DNA from: Octopus bimaculoides
Lineage: Eukaryota
NCBI RefSeq assembly: GCF_001194135.2
Contig: NC_068982.1
Span: forward strand, 63,501,608 to 63,565,607
Reading direction: 5' to 3'
Length of the DNA: 64,000 nucleotides
Position numbers and translations under genes: made by a program. Shown here in pieces: positions 36,839-49,661 of this stretch. Each line of letters opens with the position of its first letter. Positions within the stretch are counted from its first letter, which is position 1. The notes under the pieces were generated by a model. The model worked only from the letters and a program-made list of their open reading frames with translations. It was not told the DNA's origin and made no database searches.

Positions 36839-39800
36839 GTGCATGTGTCAGCTTACACTTATAGAGCATATTTCTCCAACGCACTCAGCGTTTATTTCCT
36901 ATCCCAAATTTATTTAGATCATTAGATTAAATATATTTTCTCTCTAACAATAAATTTCAGAATGATATCGATATTACAAAAATCCACCCATTTCCGGGAA
37001 CGCCTTCTTAATTGTCTTTGCAAATTATAAATCCCTTTTCACGCCATGATCTCTATATGAAATTTAATTCACATCTGAGTAGTTCATATCATTGCTTAAA
37101 TGTTATAATTGGGAAGCAGACTCTCCCTATATCTAGTATATTCAATTTAACAAGTTCTAGATGGTCCTGCCGATGTGATAATCATTATAACATATATTTT
37201 ACATTGATTATCTGACTGTAATTTATACATTGCATTCAGCAATCTTTATAAAAAGTTCCTAGAAATGTTAATTCATTTATTTTAACATAGCCATTATTAA
37301 AATTATACTTAGTGATCGCTATAGTTTATTTTGTTAGATATAACTGTAAATATAATTTAAATGAGATGCTTTCCAAACTCCACAGCAATTTTTTATAGCA
37401 TCGTTGAATATTTATGAATTTAAATCACCTATCATTTTTTTTTTTGGTCTTCATTTTTTTCGAAATCTATGCTGTGAATTCTGCTTTTATGGTACATTTG
37501 AATAATTGCGTAATCAATAATTTAAATGTCATAATGTAATGTATGTGAAACTTATAAAACTTCTATATATATAAAAAAATATATAACTTTGTATTCGCTT
37601 CCATATTCTATATTTTCTCTCGTACCGTTTTTACTACACTGGAAAATTCTGAGTAAATGAAATATTGTATTGCACTGACAAAAAGCATGAAGCAGCATAT
37701 CTGTTCACAACGTGTATGGAATCCATAGAATATCAGAAAATGTGTATATAGTTAAACTCATTTAAGTTCTGAGTTCAGATATCACCAAGGTCAGGATCGA
37801 TGATCTAATATACTACAGCATGCTTGAAACTAATGACCTCTACTTTTGTTAGAAATCGATATTTTACTTGGCTGATTGGCAGACACACTGCGATATTTGT
37901 ATATTTCATTTAGGTTTTCCCTTCAAATACTGTTAACTTTTCATATTACGGGGGTGGATAAAATAAATATTAGTCAGGTACAGAGATCAATATAATTGAT
38001 TACACATTCATCCATATTTTGTAGCTTTGTGACTAAGAGAACTATATATTATCAGAATGACACATAACTTCCGTTGATAAAATGATAAAAATGATAATTA
38101 AATTGAATAAATATACTGAATATTTGTCATGCTATGTGATAAAAAGAATTACTCATAATTATAATAATGTCAACATTAATGAACTGATATAAAACACAAG
38201 TAATGGATTCAGTTACATTTGATATAAAAATTTACATTTATTACGCAGCCGATATGCTAATACTTATTTCCTATAAAATCTGTTAATGATCACGTAATTC
38301 TAGGTTTACCAATGGCTTATTCGAATAAATGAATACTGAGATATAACAAAAATATTATTCTCATATTAGTGAGCACTGCCGTTTATAGATCCCTACACCC
38401 GGCTTAATTAAATATGGGACAGCGTTTTAATTCCAAGCTTTTGCTGTTTAAGTAAAAGAATAAATCAAGAAACAAATTTTCGCTGGATGAGAATCACCGG
38501 GCTGGATCAATTCTAAATTGATCCAACCCAGTGGATCTCAACCTTTTTCATCATGACTTCATATCAAATTCTCATTACCTCTGTAACACTCACATAGACG
38601 ATAACTATTGAAAATGTATTCTACTATTTGAAAAATATCAACTGCAGCTGTATCGTATGTAAATGAAGTGTGAACAGTAGTATACAAAAAAGTTAAAAAC
38701 AAACCTATCTTTGCTTATAAAATTGTATAATACATAATTCTATAAGAGCCTTATAGTTGATGCAAATTCTGCACTCCTCCCATGTACCTGCATTTTTGTT
38801 AGTGATATACAATGGCATTTCTTTATGAAATCAAGTCATTGTGCGATTTTGATTGTAGGTAAATCCGCTGCCTAATATTAGATTGAGAAAGATAAGATTA
38901 AGAAAGTGATTGAATTTCTCTTAGAGAATGTGAAATTCCCTTATAGCGTCAGTACTTACCCTAGTATTATAGTTACTTAACTAGAGATGTTTCACCATGA
39001 GTTCTGTACCTCAATGAGATTTTCATGAAATTTAATGTTGACATAAGTTGCAATTACTATAAATCGTCCTACCACCCAAACTAAAATGCTTGTCTTTAGT
39101 AATTCCCTGGACAGAAGATTCATATCATTGTACCACTACTTCAAACGCTCAACATACCAACGTACACAGACAGATTATCATCTTGTTCAATATCAGCAGT
39201 GTTTAGGATCGACAACTACACCAAATCTAAATAGGTTGAGTTTTTTTTCAATTAAAACAGTAATAGCCGTAATGGCCACTGCACAAATTGTAAGCTTATA
39301 TTTATCGTTGTATTTGTCCAGCAAATTTTGGAATACATATAAGAATTAAAATGTATCAGACATTCTAGGAAATAAATTTTCGCCAAGTTGCTTAATAAGT
39401 ATATGAGAAATGACAGCGTATAACAAAGCAACGAAGACACTTACCTTTTGAATGCTATCACATTTTAGTATCCATCAATATTCGTCGATCTTGGAATCAT
39501 CAAATATGCACATCTCATGGGTTTAAAATTTCTTTATTTGCCCTTAATTGTAAAATTTGTGTATTCATCTGAAGAAAACAGTCTTTTATAATGATACAAT
39601 GTACTCATTGATCAATTAAAACAATTCGTTAGAAAGCAAAATTTGTTTGTTGCCTTTCAACGTAAGTTGAATTTAACATACGTTGAAAGTCAGCAAACAA
39701 ACTTTGCTTTAGAAGTGTTGAGATGAATTGAAAGATACAGATAAGGAAATAATTTTATTCTCAAACACAGGATAATGCTAATAATATAGAATTTACAGGA

Positions 39801-39840
39801 TAAACTATCCATATTTTGCAGAAAAATCTGNNNNNNNNNN

Positions 39841-39914
39841 CGGCCCGCCGTGACACTCGAACTTACATGCCTGTGATTACGCATCAAGTGCTTTACCATT
39901 AAGCTAAACTAACC
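39841..39914 (-). promoter_or_regulatory. tRNA-like Pol III head
   Basis: Minus strand TAGCTTAATGGTAAAGC (A-box), TGCGTAA loop, AGTTCGAGTGTC (B-box). Confidence 0.7.
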
Positions 39915-39990
39915 GAACGACAAATTCTTCTCAAAATTTAGGATATGTAAAATTAGCTTTATAAGACGCTATCGTACGTTACATTCAGGG

Positions 39991-40112
39991 ATTTACTTGC
40001 AGGTCTTTGTATTTTGAAAGTTTCTTCGTTTCTTTTAGAAAAACATCGTCATCTGTTGGTATTGATACATTGATTAGAAAGCATTTTTCCTTGACGATTT
40101 CTGCCAACTATT
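39991..40112 (-). mobile_element. Isolated internal R4/Dong RLE fragment flanked by a 19-bp duplication
   Basis: CFLINVSIPTDDDVFLKETKKLSKYKDL; TCGTACGTTA(C/A)ATTCAGGG at 39972-90 and 40113-31. Confidence 0.75.
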
Positions 40113-40355
40113 TCGTACGTTAAATTCAGGGGTGTAAGTTCGAGTATCATGGCGGACCGTCGACAGATTTTTCTGCAAAATATGGATAGTTTATCCTGTT
40201 CATGCTACATTATTAGCATTATCCTGTGTTTGAGAATAAAATTATTTCCGTATCTGTATCTTTCATTTCATCTCAACACTTCTAAATCAAAGTTTGTTTG
40301 TTGACTTTCAACGCAAGTTGAATTTAACATACGTATATATGTATGTGTATATGTG

Positions 40356-43300
40356 TTATTATTATTCGGTAGTCTTATTTTTATCACTTACTTTCACTTC
40401 ACTACCGAGCGCAGCTCTGTGTGCCTTGGGTATGTGCTGTGGTTTGTTACGATGCTCTTCTTTTTACTATATTGAAAGTGTTTTGTGTAGGATGTGTGCG
40501 GTGCTTAGTAGTTCTATTTTCTGTATATTATATATACTTGTAAATCCTAGTGTTTTTCTTATGTATTTGTCTAAATGTTTTTTATCATACCTAATGCGCC
40601 TACTATTATAGAAATTGTGCTTGTTTTTAGACTCCACATTCACCTTACTTCTATTTCTAGTTCTGCATTTTGAAAGTTTCTCCGTTTCTTTTAGAAAAAC
40701 ATTGTCATCTGTTGGTATTGATACATCGATTAGAAAGCAACTCTGTCAACTATATCCGGCCTATAGACCTTAATTTCTCTATCTGTGCGTATTGGCATAT
40801 CCTATAGTATCATTGCTTTCTCATTTTCAGTGACCTTTTCTGGTGTGTGCTTATACCATATTTTTCCTGTTGTTGTTCCATAGTGTTGGCATAGCTTCCA
40901 GTGTATATAGATCCCAACTCTGTCGCGTCTATCAATATATTCCTTCTTAACCAGGACTGGGAAACCAGAGACAATATGATTTATTGTTTCTTCTTCATCA
41001 CATATTCTGCAGTTACTTGCATTTCTTTTCATTGCAAGTTTTTGGTAATTTCTGGTAGGGTGGCTTTGGTCTTGTGCTGCAATTAAAAATCCTTCAGTTT
41101 CTGCTTTGAATCCTGAGCTTCTCAACCGTAATCGGGATTTTGCTTTGTGTATTTCTTTTCTGTTTAGTTTAATCCAGTATTTGCCATGAAGGGACTTTCC
41201 TTGCCATCGTTTTATCATAATCCGTTGCTGTTCCAGTTTTAGTTTGGGTTTAAGTTGTTTAACAGCTTTTGTTGTTTCTTCTTTTTCTTCATAGTCGTTA
41301 GGTACTATGATTTTTATTTTCGTATTTGTCAGTTTCCGGAAACAGTGTTTTGTTTTGTTCATGTTTTGTGGTTACTTGTATCAGTTTTCTTTGCTTCTGA
41401 AATAAATATTTCCTATGGGGATTATTTTGTAATAGTTGTATAAGGCCTCTACCATCTTCCATACGTTGTATATATAACATTTCTGTCAGATTTTGGGTGG
41501 TGCATCCTAAATCCTGACATTATTCTTCTTACTTTCCTATCTATTTTGATTAGTTCATTAAGAGTTCAGTTAAGAATACTGCAGCTGTAACTTGTAACTG
41601 GGACGGCTAGAGAATTCATACCTGTTATCTTGTTTTTCGCATTAATCTCTGTTTTCAGTATTAATCTAATTCGTCTATAGTATTCCTTTCTCATCTACTC
41701 TTTGATTTGTGTGTGTTGTATCCTGTTTAGTTCATTGCTTCCTAAGTATTTGTATGTCTTCTAATTCTCTTATCTCATTTACTTTATCTAATGTGATGTT
41801 GCTATTCTTAACTAGCTTTCCTCTTTTTAAGGTTGCTTTGGTACATTTTTCTAAGCCAAATTTCATGCTTATTTCTTTGGTAAATCCAGGTACTATCTGT
41901 AATAATGTTTCCAGCTGTTTATCATTTGTAGTGTAGGGTTTTAGATCATCCATATATTAGTGGTGGCTGATTGTTTTGCCATAACAGTTGTATCCACATT
42001 CAGTTCTACTTAGCGTGTCAGATAAAGGTGTCAGTGCGAAGCAGAAAAGGAGTGGAGACATGTGTGACATGAGGAATAACGTCCGGCTCTTCATGTTGCT
42101 GGTCATCATTTTTCTAGGGTACCGGTCCGTTCATTTCTAGTGTCAAATTGTTTTGCAAGTGCAGTTTTCCATACTTTTTGTGTAACAAGTTCAAAATACG
42201 TACTTCCCGTTTGTTATCCTTGTGTGTCTTCTAGTGGGGATGGCTTTAGTTTGGATGAGATCCTCTTTTGTCTGGAGCTGTATCAATGTCTGCCAGTTAT
42301 TCATGGGATGTTTTATATATTTTATGATTATTGGTGCTACCTTGTTCATGGCTAGTGTTTCTAAGATCCATCTATGGGGAATACTATCAAAAGCCTTTCG
42401 GTAATCGATTCTTAGACCCTTCTTCTTTCTGCGGCTGTCTTCAGTTATGGCTTTATTGATCAGTGGCTGATCTTTACAGCCGTATGAGCCCTTGCAGCAT
42501 CCCTTCTATTCTTCTGGAAACAGATTCTTTTATTCCAGATGCTTGCTCATCTTCTGCAATATTATCGCAGTAAAGGCTTTGTAAATTGTAGGCAAACAAA
42601 ACATTGGTCTATATTTTGTGGGTTTACCGTTTCAGTGGACTTGGGAATTACGATAGTGTTCCCTTCGTTGAGCCATTCAGGCATTGTCTCTAATTCTGCT
42701 AGTATTTCATTAAATTTCTCAGCCAGTTTTTCATATGTTCCTGTCAGGTATTTTAACGAGAAGTTGGGGAACTTGTGCTCGGGGGCCTTCCAGTTGCTTA
42801 GTTTTTGCTGTGCCTGGATGACCTATTCAGTTGTTATACGGGTCCAATATTGCTCAGACGCTATGTTCGTTGTTTTGATAGACGTTTTCGAGGTTGTTCC
42901 TTCGCTAACCATATTTCTTTCCAAAATTCTTCCAATTCTTCTGTTGTTTGATCCCTATTTTATTTTTGCCAAGTTCTTGGTAGGATCTTTTGGAGTTGAA
43001 GTTGAACTGTTTCTTTTGTTCAAAGAAACTTTGGCGTTTCTCATACCAACCAATTGTTTGTGATTTGGCGAAGATATCTTGCTTTAGCTGTTCTTTTACC
43101 TCAGGTATACCTTGTTCTGTACTTTTGCATTTAGGTAGTACTTTTCTTTCTCTTCTTGTTGCTTAGTAGTCGTGATTGTCTACTAGTTTCATTAAGTATT
43201 GACAGATCCTTTTTTTATTTTCTATTTTTTCTGGATATTATTTATCCACAGGGTTTGTTTGGGTGGGGATACTCGTGTTTGCATGGGTTTGAAGTGGTAT

Positions 43301-44200
43301 CCATCTTCTTTTGTGGCTACAGAGGCTGCTTCATATATTATATCAATTAGCCTGGTTATATTGACATTTATTTCTGTGGCTATGAGTTCTGTAACGACCA
43401 GATTCATGCTCTTGATGTTATTTTACCATCAATTTTTATATTTGGGAGACACAATCGATGGTCCATACTGAGATTTGTGGCTTTCAATTCTTTGGTTATG
43501 CTCATTTTAGAGTGTCATAATCATTAGTTTCACCTTCACTGTTTCCAGGTTTTAGATGTGTTTAGTATTCCGTCTCGTTTATATTTTTGTCTGTGGTGTT
43601 CTGGTTTGGTGCATTTAGCTCGTTATTATACATTCCTCCGATCTGGGCTAGTTGGCTTTCGTTGTTTAGTTCGTTTTTGTTAGACATGTTACGAGTCTTC
43701 TTTCGTGTTTTACAGTCCCAGTGTTTATATTATTTGCCATTGACGTATGGTTGCTATCTACGTTTTACTGATGTACTTTTCCATTTATGGTTTCTATTTC
43801 TATTTCTGATTTTTTTGATGTTTTGAGAATATATCTCCGTATGTTAGATGGCTTATTAGGGTTCATTGCTGTATCCAAATCTTTATCTAGGTCATTTTTC
43901 TTCGAGATTTTATATGTATATATTGTTGTGTCTTCGTTTTTGGGTAGAGAACTGCTATAAAATATACCTGTAGGATTGAAATATATTCCACACGTCTCCA
44001 TTTATGCGTTTTTGAATTTATTTGCGTGAGATGAGAAATAACGTCCGGCCCTTCATGTTGTTGGTCATCATTTTTCTAGGGTACCGGTCCGTTCATTTCT
44101 GGTGTTAAATTGTCTTGCACGTATAGTTTTCCATACTTTTTGTGTAACAAGTTTAAAATACGTACTTCCCGTTTGTTATCCTTGGGTGGAATAATACGGG
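40356..44200 (-). mobile_element. Near full-length, decayed R4/Dong-type LINE (RT, CCHC, RLE)
   Basis: KAPEHKFPNF, SPLLFC, YMDDLK, KFGLEKCTKAT, GRGLIQL, AETEGFLIAAQDQ, CRICDEEETINHIVSG, RPDIV, IIVGALG; 3' UTR ending in (AAT)3; 5' boundary approximate. Confidence 0.9.
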
Positions 44201-45425
44201 TATGATTTAATTTATTTTTCATTCTTTTTTTGTGCATGGTTGTTGGGGACGGAGATGGTCTGATGTTAATTGGATCGTAATGTGGCGAATCTGTTTACAC
44301 ATGTTGTGCGAGTGATGGAGATGACACACAGTAAAAAATACGCCATTTCATTTGGAAAAGAGAAATAAATTTTAGTATTACTTAGTCGAATATAGTCTAA
44401 CATTTTTGATAAGTATTACTCACTCGGGTACAGTCCAGCATTTTGTCAGTTTGGTGAGAGTGTTTACGTCTGTTGTACGAGTGACGGAGATGACAAACAG
44501 TTAAAGTACATTATTTTATTCGGAAAATAGAAATAAATTTTAATGAGTAGTACTTAATCGGACATAGTCCAACACTTTGTCAGTTATTTTAAACTTCATT
44601 TGTTGTTTTTATTCCCGATGTTTTTGGATAGATTTCGGAGCAGTGTTTTATCGCTCTCACATGTTAAACGTCCCCGGTGCTATTATTATTATTATTATTA
44701 TGTTGTTTTTTTTCTTCTTTCTTCAAATTTTCTTCCATTTCTCGCCGAGTGTTTTCCGTACACCTAGGGCAGAGAAACTCGTTGTAGGCATTCCCAGTTT
44801 ACACACGCAAATTCACAGGTAAAACATGTATTTAAGAAAAAAAAAAAAATTATTATTATTATATTTGCTTTGCAAGATTCGTGTGTTGAAACAGTTGTAT
44901 CTTCGGAGGGTCATTTTTTTCCAATCAAATTATACGCACTCCTTCTAGTTCATTATTATTATTATTAGTAGTAGTAGTAGTAGTAGTAGTAGTAAACTAG
45001 TAAACTAATGAATCGATTAAGTAATTGAAATTTAAATAATTGTTTCATCAACTAATTTTTCAGTCGAGTTCTTCTAGTGTCATTGAGGATCTCGCCAATT
45101 ATTTATCGTTGATAATTCTGGTCAGTCACGACTAGGAGAATAGAGTATGAAATTCCTCCTGATGGATTTCGGAATATGACTGGTATTTGTGTGTATGTGC
45201 CTGAGTGTTAGGGCATATGCGTACGCGCCTATGTTCACGAGTGTGTGTGTATGATATGCAGACTCGTACTTGCGCGCGCACACATACGCACACACACGTC
45301 ATAGTTCGGTGTTTGAAAGCTTCTGTTATATGTTTCCAAGTGACTTCTATGTCCATCCATAATATTTACTTATATATTGTCATACACACACATATAATTG
45401 TATAGATCTACATATTATGTATGAA

Positions 45426-45464
<39 letters not shown>

Positions 45465-46396
45465 TAGATGGCGTCTAATTTTGAAAATGCTATTTTTGCT
45501 AAATTTAATGTAATATTCGTCCTTGCTTAGGATATCATAATGTGCAGACAAGATACGGCACGGATTGTATGGGCTTATGATAAATATCTATTGGTATCCA
45601 CTCACCTGCTTTCAAAATATCTATTGGTATCCACTCACCTGCTTTCAAAATAAGAATATCCAAAAACGGCAGCTGTTTTTGTTTGAATCTTATCGTGAAT
45701 TTAATCTAACGGCTCACGTAGTTAATCAGATTTTAAAAGTTCACTAGTAATCATATCAGATTAAATTTTAATAAAGTTATTCTAATTATCTCCGTTTAAC
45801 ACTTAAATTTGCTTCTGCAACATAATATACAGATATTTACCACATTAAACTAGATTATTCTTCCAAGATCAATTATTATTTCATTATAATTCTATTTCGA
45901 ATAAGCAAAACGATTTTTTTCCTACAAAATGTCTGTTGTCCGTATCCCAATACCAACAATATATTTACTTCTATATACCTTATATAGACATTTTCTATTT
46001 CCGCGATAGGAACGTCCTCAATTTTTTCTACAAACGACATCTCTTGTCTTTTCTTGTGCTTTATCTTTCTTCCTTTCTCTTGTCTTTAGTTTTCCCTGCC
46101 CTGCTTCTTTTCGTCATATTATTCTGTCTCCCATTTTTACTTTATATATTATATAAGATTTCTATATATTTAATACTAAAACTTGGTATACAACTAACTC
46201 AGTATGTTTGAATTTCAATTAAATTTGATAAAACGGACTATTTTAGCAGAATAAGATAACTTCATTTTGTTAGTATGGAGGTTTTCCGCCACATGATGAA
46301 ACCATAAATACATATATTTAAGTACAAAACTGCCCAGTAATTTTAAAATGTTTTTATATTTTGGGAGAGTTATTATGTCAAAAGGACACACACACT

Positions 46397-46489
<93 letters not shown>

Positions 46490-47980
46490 GTTCCATTTCA
46501 TTTCATTATTATTTTGGTTACAGTCACCATCCACTCGGGGACTGTACCTTTCTGGACTCACTCATTGAATTGGGCTGCTAGTCTTTTTTGTACCGCGTGA
46601 AATCTCATAGCCAGAAGCCATGAATCCTATCTGTTTCGGGGGCTTTCCAGTTAGGCAATTTACCCACTTGTTCTTTTACTTCACCCGTGCTTATGACAAT
46701 ATTCCTTATGTATCTTTCCTCCTTGTAATCCTGTCTTGATAGTTCCTATCCACATTGCATCCCTCTTATGCACCATATTCTTTCCCTATAATCCGCTCCA
46801 GAATTCCTTGGCTTGATTTGCATCAGGAGCAACATTTTCCCCATTGTTTTCTTTCTAACAATTTGTTCTCCTTGAATTGCTTATTTCTGTTCACAAATTT
46901 TCTGATCTTCCTTTTGCCATGATCCTCTGTTTTAACTGCTCTATTACTGCATCAAAACCCGTTCTTCCGTATTTTATATTTCTTCTCTAATTTTTCTCGG
47001 CCGAGCTTTTTCCCATTTTTCCAGTTTCCTGTTAACCATTGCTCAATTTTTCCTAGATCTTCACTTGCCCGCATTATGTCCCTTTCAATGTGTCTTTTCC
47101 ACCATGGTTCCTTTGCTCCACCATTTTTTGTTCTCTTAAGTTGCAATTTCACCTCAACAAGTAGCGCAATAGCTCGGAGAAGATTCCTTGTTTGTGATAT
47201 GTCCTCCGTCTGGATGCATGGTATGACAGTATTTATCTTATCTTTTGTGTTACTTTATTTATCATACTCCTATCTACCCTTCTCATATTTGTGAGGTTTT
47301 CTTTTTCATTTGGAGCATTCATCAAGTCGGTGAGTCGTCTTTGAATTTCAAGTAATTAATTATCTATTTGGTTCATTTCCCCTGCATGTCCATCCATCAC
47401 AGTATCAGGGTTTACTGTATAACGTTCCTGTTCCTCATCCTTAGCAGCCGCATCACCATTCCCCTGTTCCTCCAGTATACTCATCTCCTTGCTTTCAACA
47501 CCTACTTCTCTGTTTTCAACTCCGACCATGCTTTGTAGCCCTTCCGCAAGGTCTCTCAGACTCTCACTAATCAGAGATATTTCTACTCTAGTTAAGTAAC
47601 CCTTCCTCTTAATCACTCTCACTTGGTTCATTAGTCTATTTTCTCACATTGGACACATGTCCTTATCCATCCAAAATTTCAAGGTATATCGGCCTACTCC
47701 GCGACTTCTTTCCAGTTTTGCTCTTTCATGACGTTAGATAAGTGTATCGTACTCTTCCTCCGTCCACTTATGTCTGTTTTTGTGCACACCGCATATGTGA
47801 TCTGTTGTGACATAACGACCGTCCGAGGCAGGATAACTGATGCGGGGGGAGGGGGGGGTTCGGACGTGCCGGGTGGGAAACTTTCACCATAATCGGCAAT
47901 AGCTTCATTCTCGCCATTAATTCTTTCCCTGTTGTGTTGCATCATGATTTCATGAGTCGTTCGTGGGTTTCCCAAGAGAG
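46490..47980 (-). mobile_element. Second R4/Dong-like LINE family, 5' half
   Basis: NQVRVIKRKGYLTRVEI, EPWWKRHIERDI, KEFWSGL, LPNWKAPETDRIHGFWL, VPEWMVT. Confidence 0.8.
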
Positions 47981-48149
47981 TTATTATTGAGAGGCTATCT
48001 TTCTTTTCCTCTCTTTATTTGTATATACACGTGCACATGTATGTACATACACATATATGTAAATAACGTGCTTGCATTGTGTCGCTTCCATAACCACAGT
48101 GATTATCATTACCACCATCCTTCTACCTATAGCATTTAAAATTATCACT

Positions 48150-48365
48150 AACAATATGGGTCCCGATATATTGTAGCAGTTCTTTGTCACTATTATGAAA
48201 TACTTGGCAAGCGTACTCCTTTCACTCCTTATACATTGGTCTATACTAATCAGTCCTCTGCGACCATTCTTTTTTTCATATGCAGTCTGTTTACGTTTGC
48301 TGTTAACACTAGATACTATCTTTTGAGCTCCATGCATGAATGGTAATCCAGGGGTCATTCTCAAC
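48150..48365 (-). mobile_element. R4-like post-RT fragment
   Basis: MHGA...KKNGRRGLISIDQCIRSE. Confidence 0.6.
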
Positions 48366-49460
48366 TAACCTTTAATTCCTTTACTGATCATTTCAAGTAC
48401 TCCCACAATCATTGGTTTTGTAACCGTCTTGAGAGGAGGAGAAAGAGAAGCATCTTGGTGAATAGACCAAATTCTACAGGTCTGTAAATACATTCGGTAG
48501 ATGGTAAGGAGATCAGCAGTGAGCATTCCCGTGCGATATAGGGACGAAAGAAGCTTCACGCCCTTGGAGTCAGCAGAGGTCAAATGTTTTTACTACTACT
48601 AGCGATGAATGAAAGCGCTGACCTTGGACTTGGAAAGAACCAGTTCATTGTGTTCTATTTTTAATTACTGCTNNNNNNNNNNTTTTTTTCTTGTTATAAG
48701 TTTAACTGTGGTTTGCAGTTTTTGTAATTGTACAGTTTGTATATATTGGTAGGTGCTTGCCTCCTTAATGTTTGTATTGTATTTCTATTTCTTTTTTTTT
48801 TATCGTGTATTTAAATATGTTGTTGCAATAAAAGGTATGTTTACATATTCGAGTAGTCAGGAAGAAAAGATGAAACTTTCACACATAATTGTAGATACTA
48901 ATTTTTAAAAATTTTCTAGTGATGTTCGTTCATATGTCCGATCAGAAAAGACTGTAGTGTTTTTGCAATAAAAAGGATGGTTACATTTTTGAATACTCAG
49001 GGAGAAAGGAAAGGAAAGAAAAGTAGGGTAAAATTTTCACAGAAAATTGTGGATTTTAAAATTCACTAAATATGATCTTTTGTACATCCGAACAAAGAAA
49101 ACAGTAGTGTTCTTAGGATAAAAAAGATGTTTACAGTTTCGAATGCTCAGGGAGAAAGGAAAGTATAGGTATTCACAAAAGTTGTAGATAATAAAATTTT
49201 TAATGTTGATCGCTTGTGTGTTTGAAACTTGTACTGTAGATATGTAAGTTTCTCATCTTATTTTGAGGGAAATTTAAAATACAGAAATTGTAGATATTCC
49301 AGTCTTTGAGAGTTATTTTTCAGTTGTCCTGCTGGGTGGCATAAGTGTTTCGGTGTCTTCGGCTGCTGTCTGGTCAGAGCAACGAAGAACACGTCCAGCC
49401 GCTGTCAGGGCTGGCGCTCTATATCATTATAGTTGTTATTATTATTATTATTATTATTAT

Positions 49461-49551
<91 letters not shown>

Positions 49552-49661
49552 TGTAGTAGTAGTAGTAGTAGTAGTAGTAAGGCGGTGAGCGTGCTACAAA
49601 TGCTCACTTATGAACATTCTCCTACAACCCTTTGAAAGTAATCTCTTCGATGTTATAAAGA

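Larger units (their letters stand above)
39681..40313. mobile_element. Head-to-head inverted pair of a tRNA-headed SINE-like element
   Basis: 39681-39870 is the reverse complement of 40133-40313; full tRNA-like head only on the minus copy; 42-bp direct repeat at 39642-39683 and 40293-40334. Confidence 0.8.

Noticed and set aside
34852-38550. hAT-like termini CAGGGGCGTG (34852) and CAGTGGATCTCAACCTTTTT (about 38529)
   Set aside because: No matching opposite terminus or TSD found for either
39430-39530. Perfect AAG/GTAAGT donor on the minus strand at about 39444
   Set aside because: All frames upstream contain stops within about 20 codons; a lone site is not evidence of a gene
39681-40313. 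Hammerhead in the arms of the second tRNA-headed palindrome
   Set aside because: Hairpins exist (TGCTA/TAGCA, GGATA/TATCC) but neither strand gives both core motifs
44870-44915. GAAACAGTTGTATCTT resembling an HHR 3' half
   Set aside because: No CUGANGA core or stem II upstream
23375-45650. Small tandem duplications (about 43 bp at 23381-23455, 33 bp at about 45583-45650) as CRISPR-like arrays
   Set aside because: Two adjacent units without spacers in eukaryotic DNA; ordinary slippage
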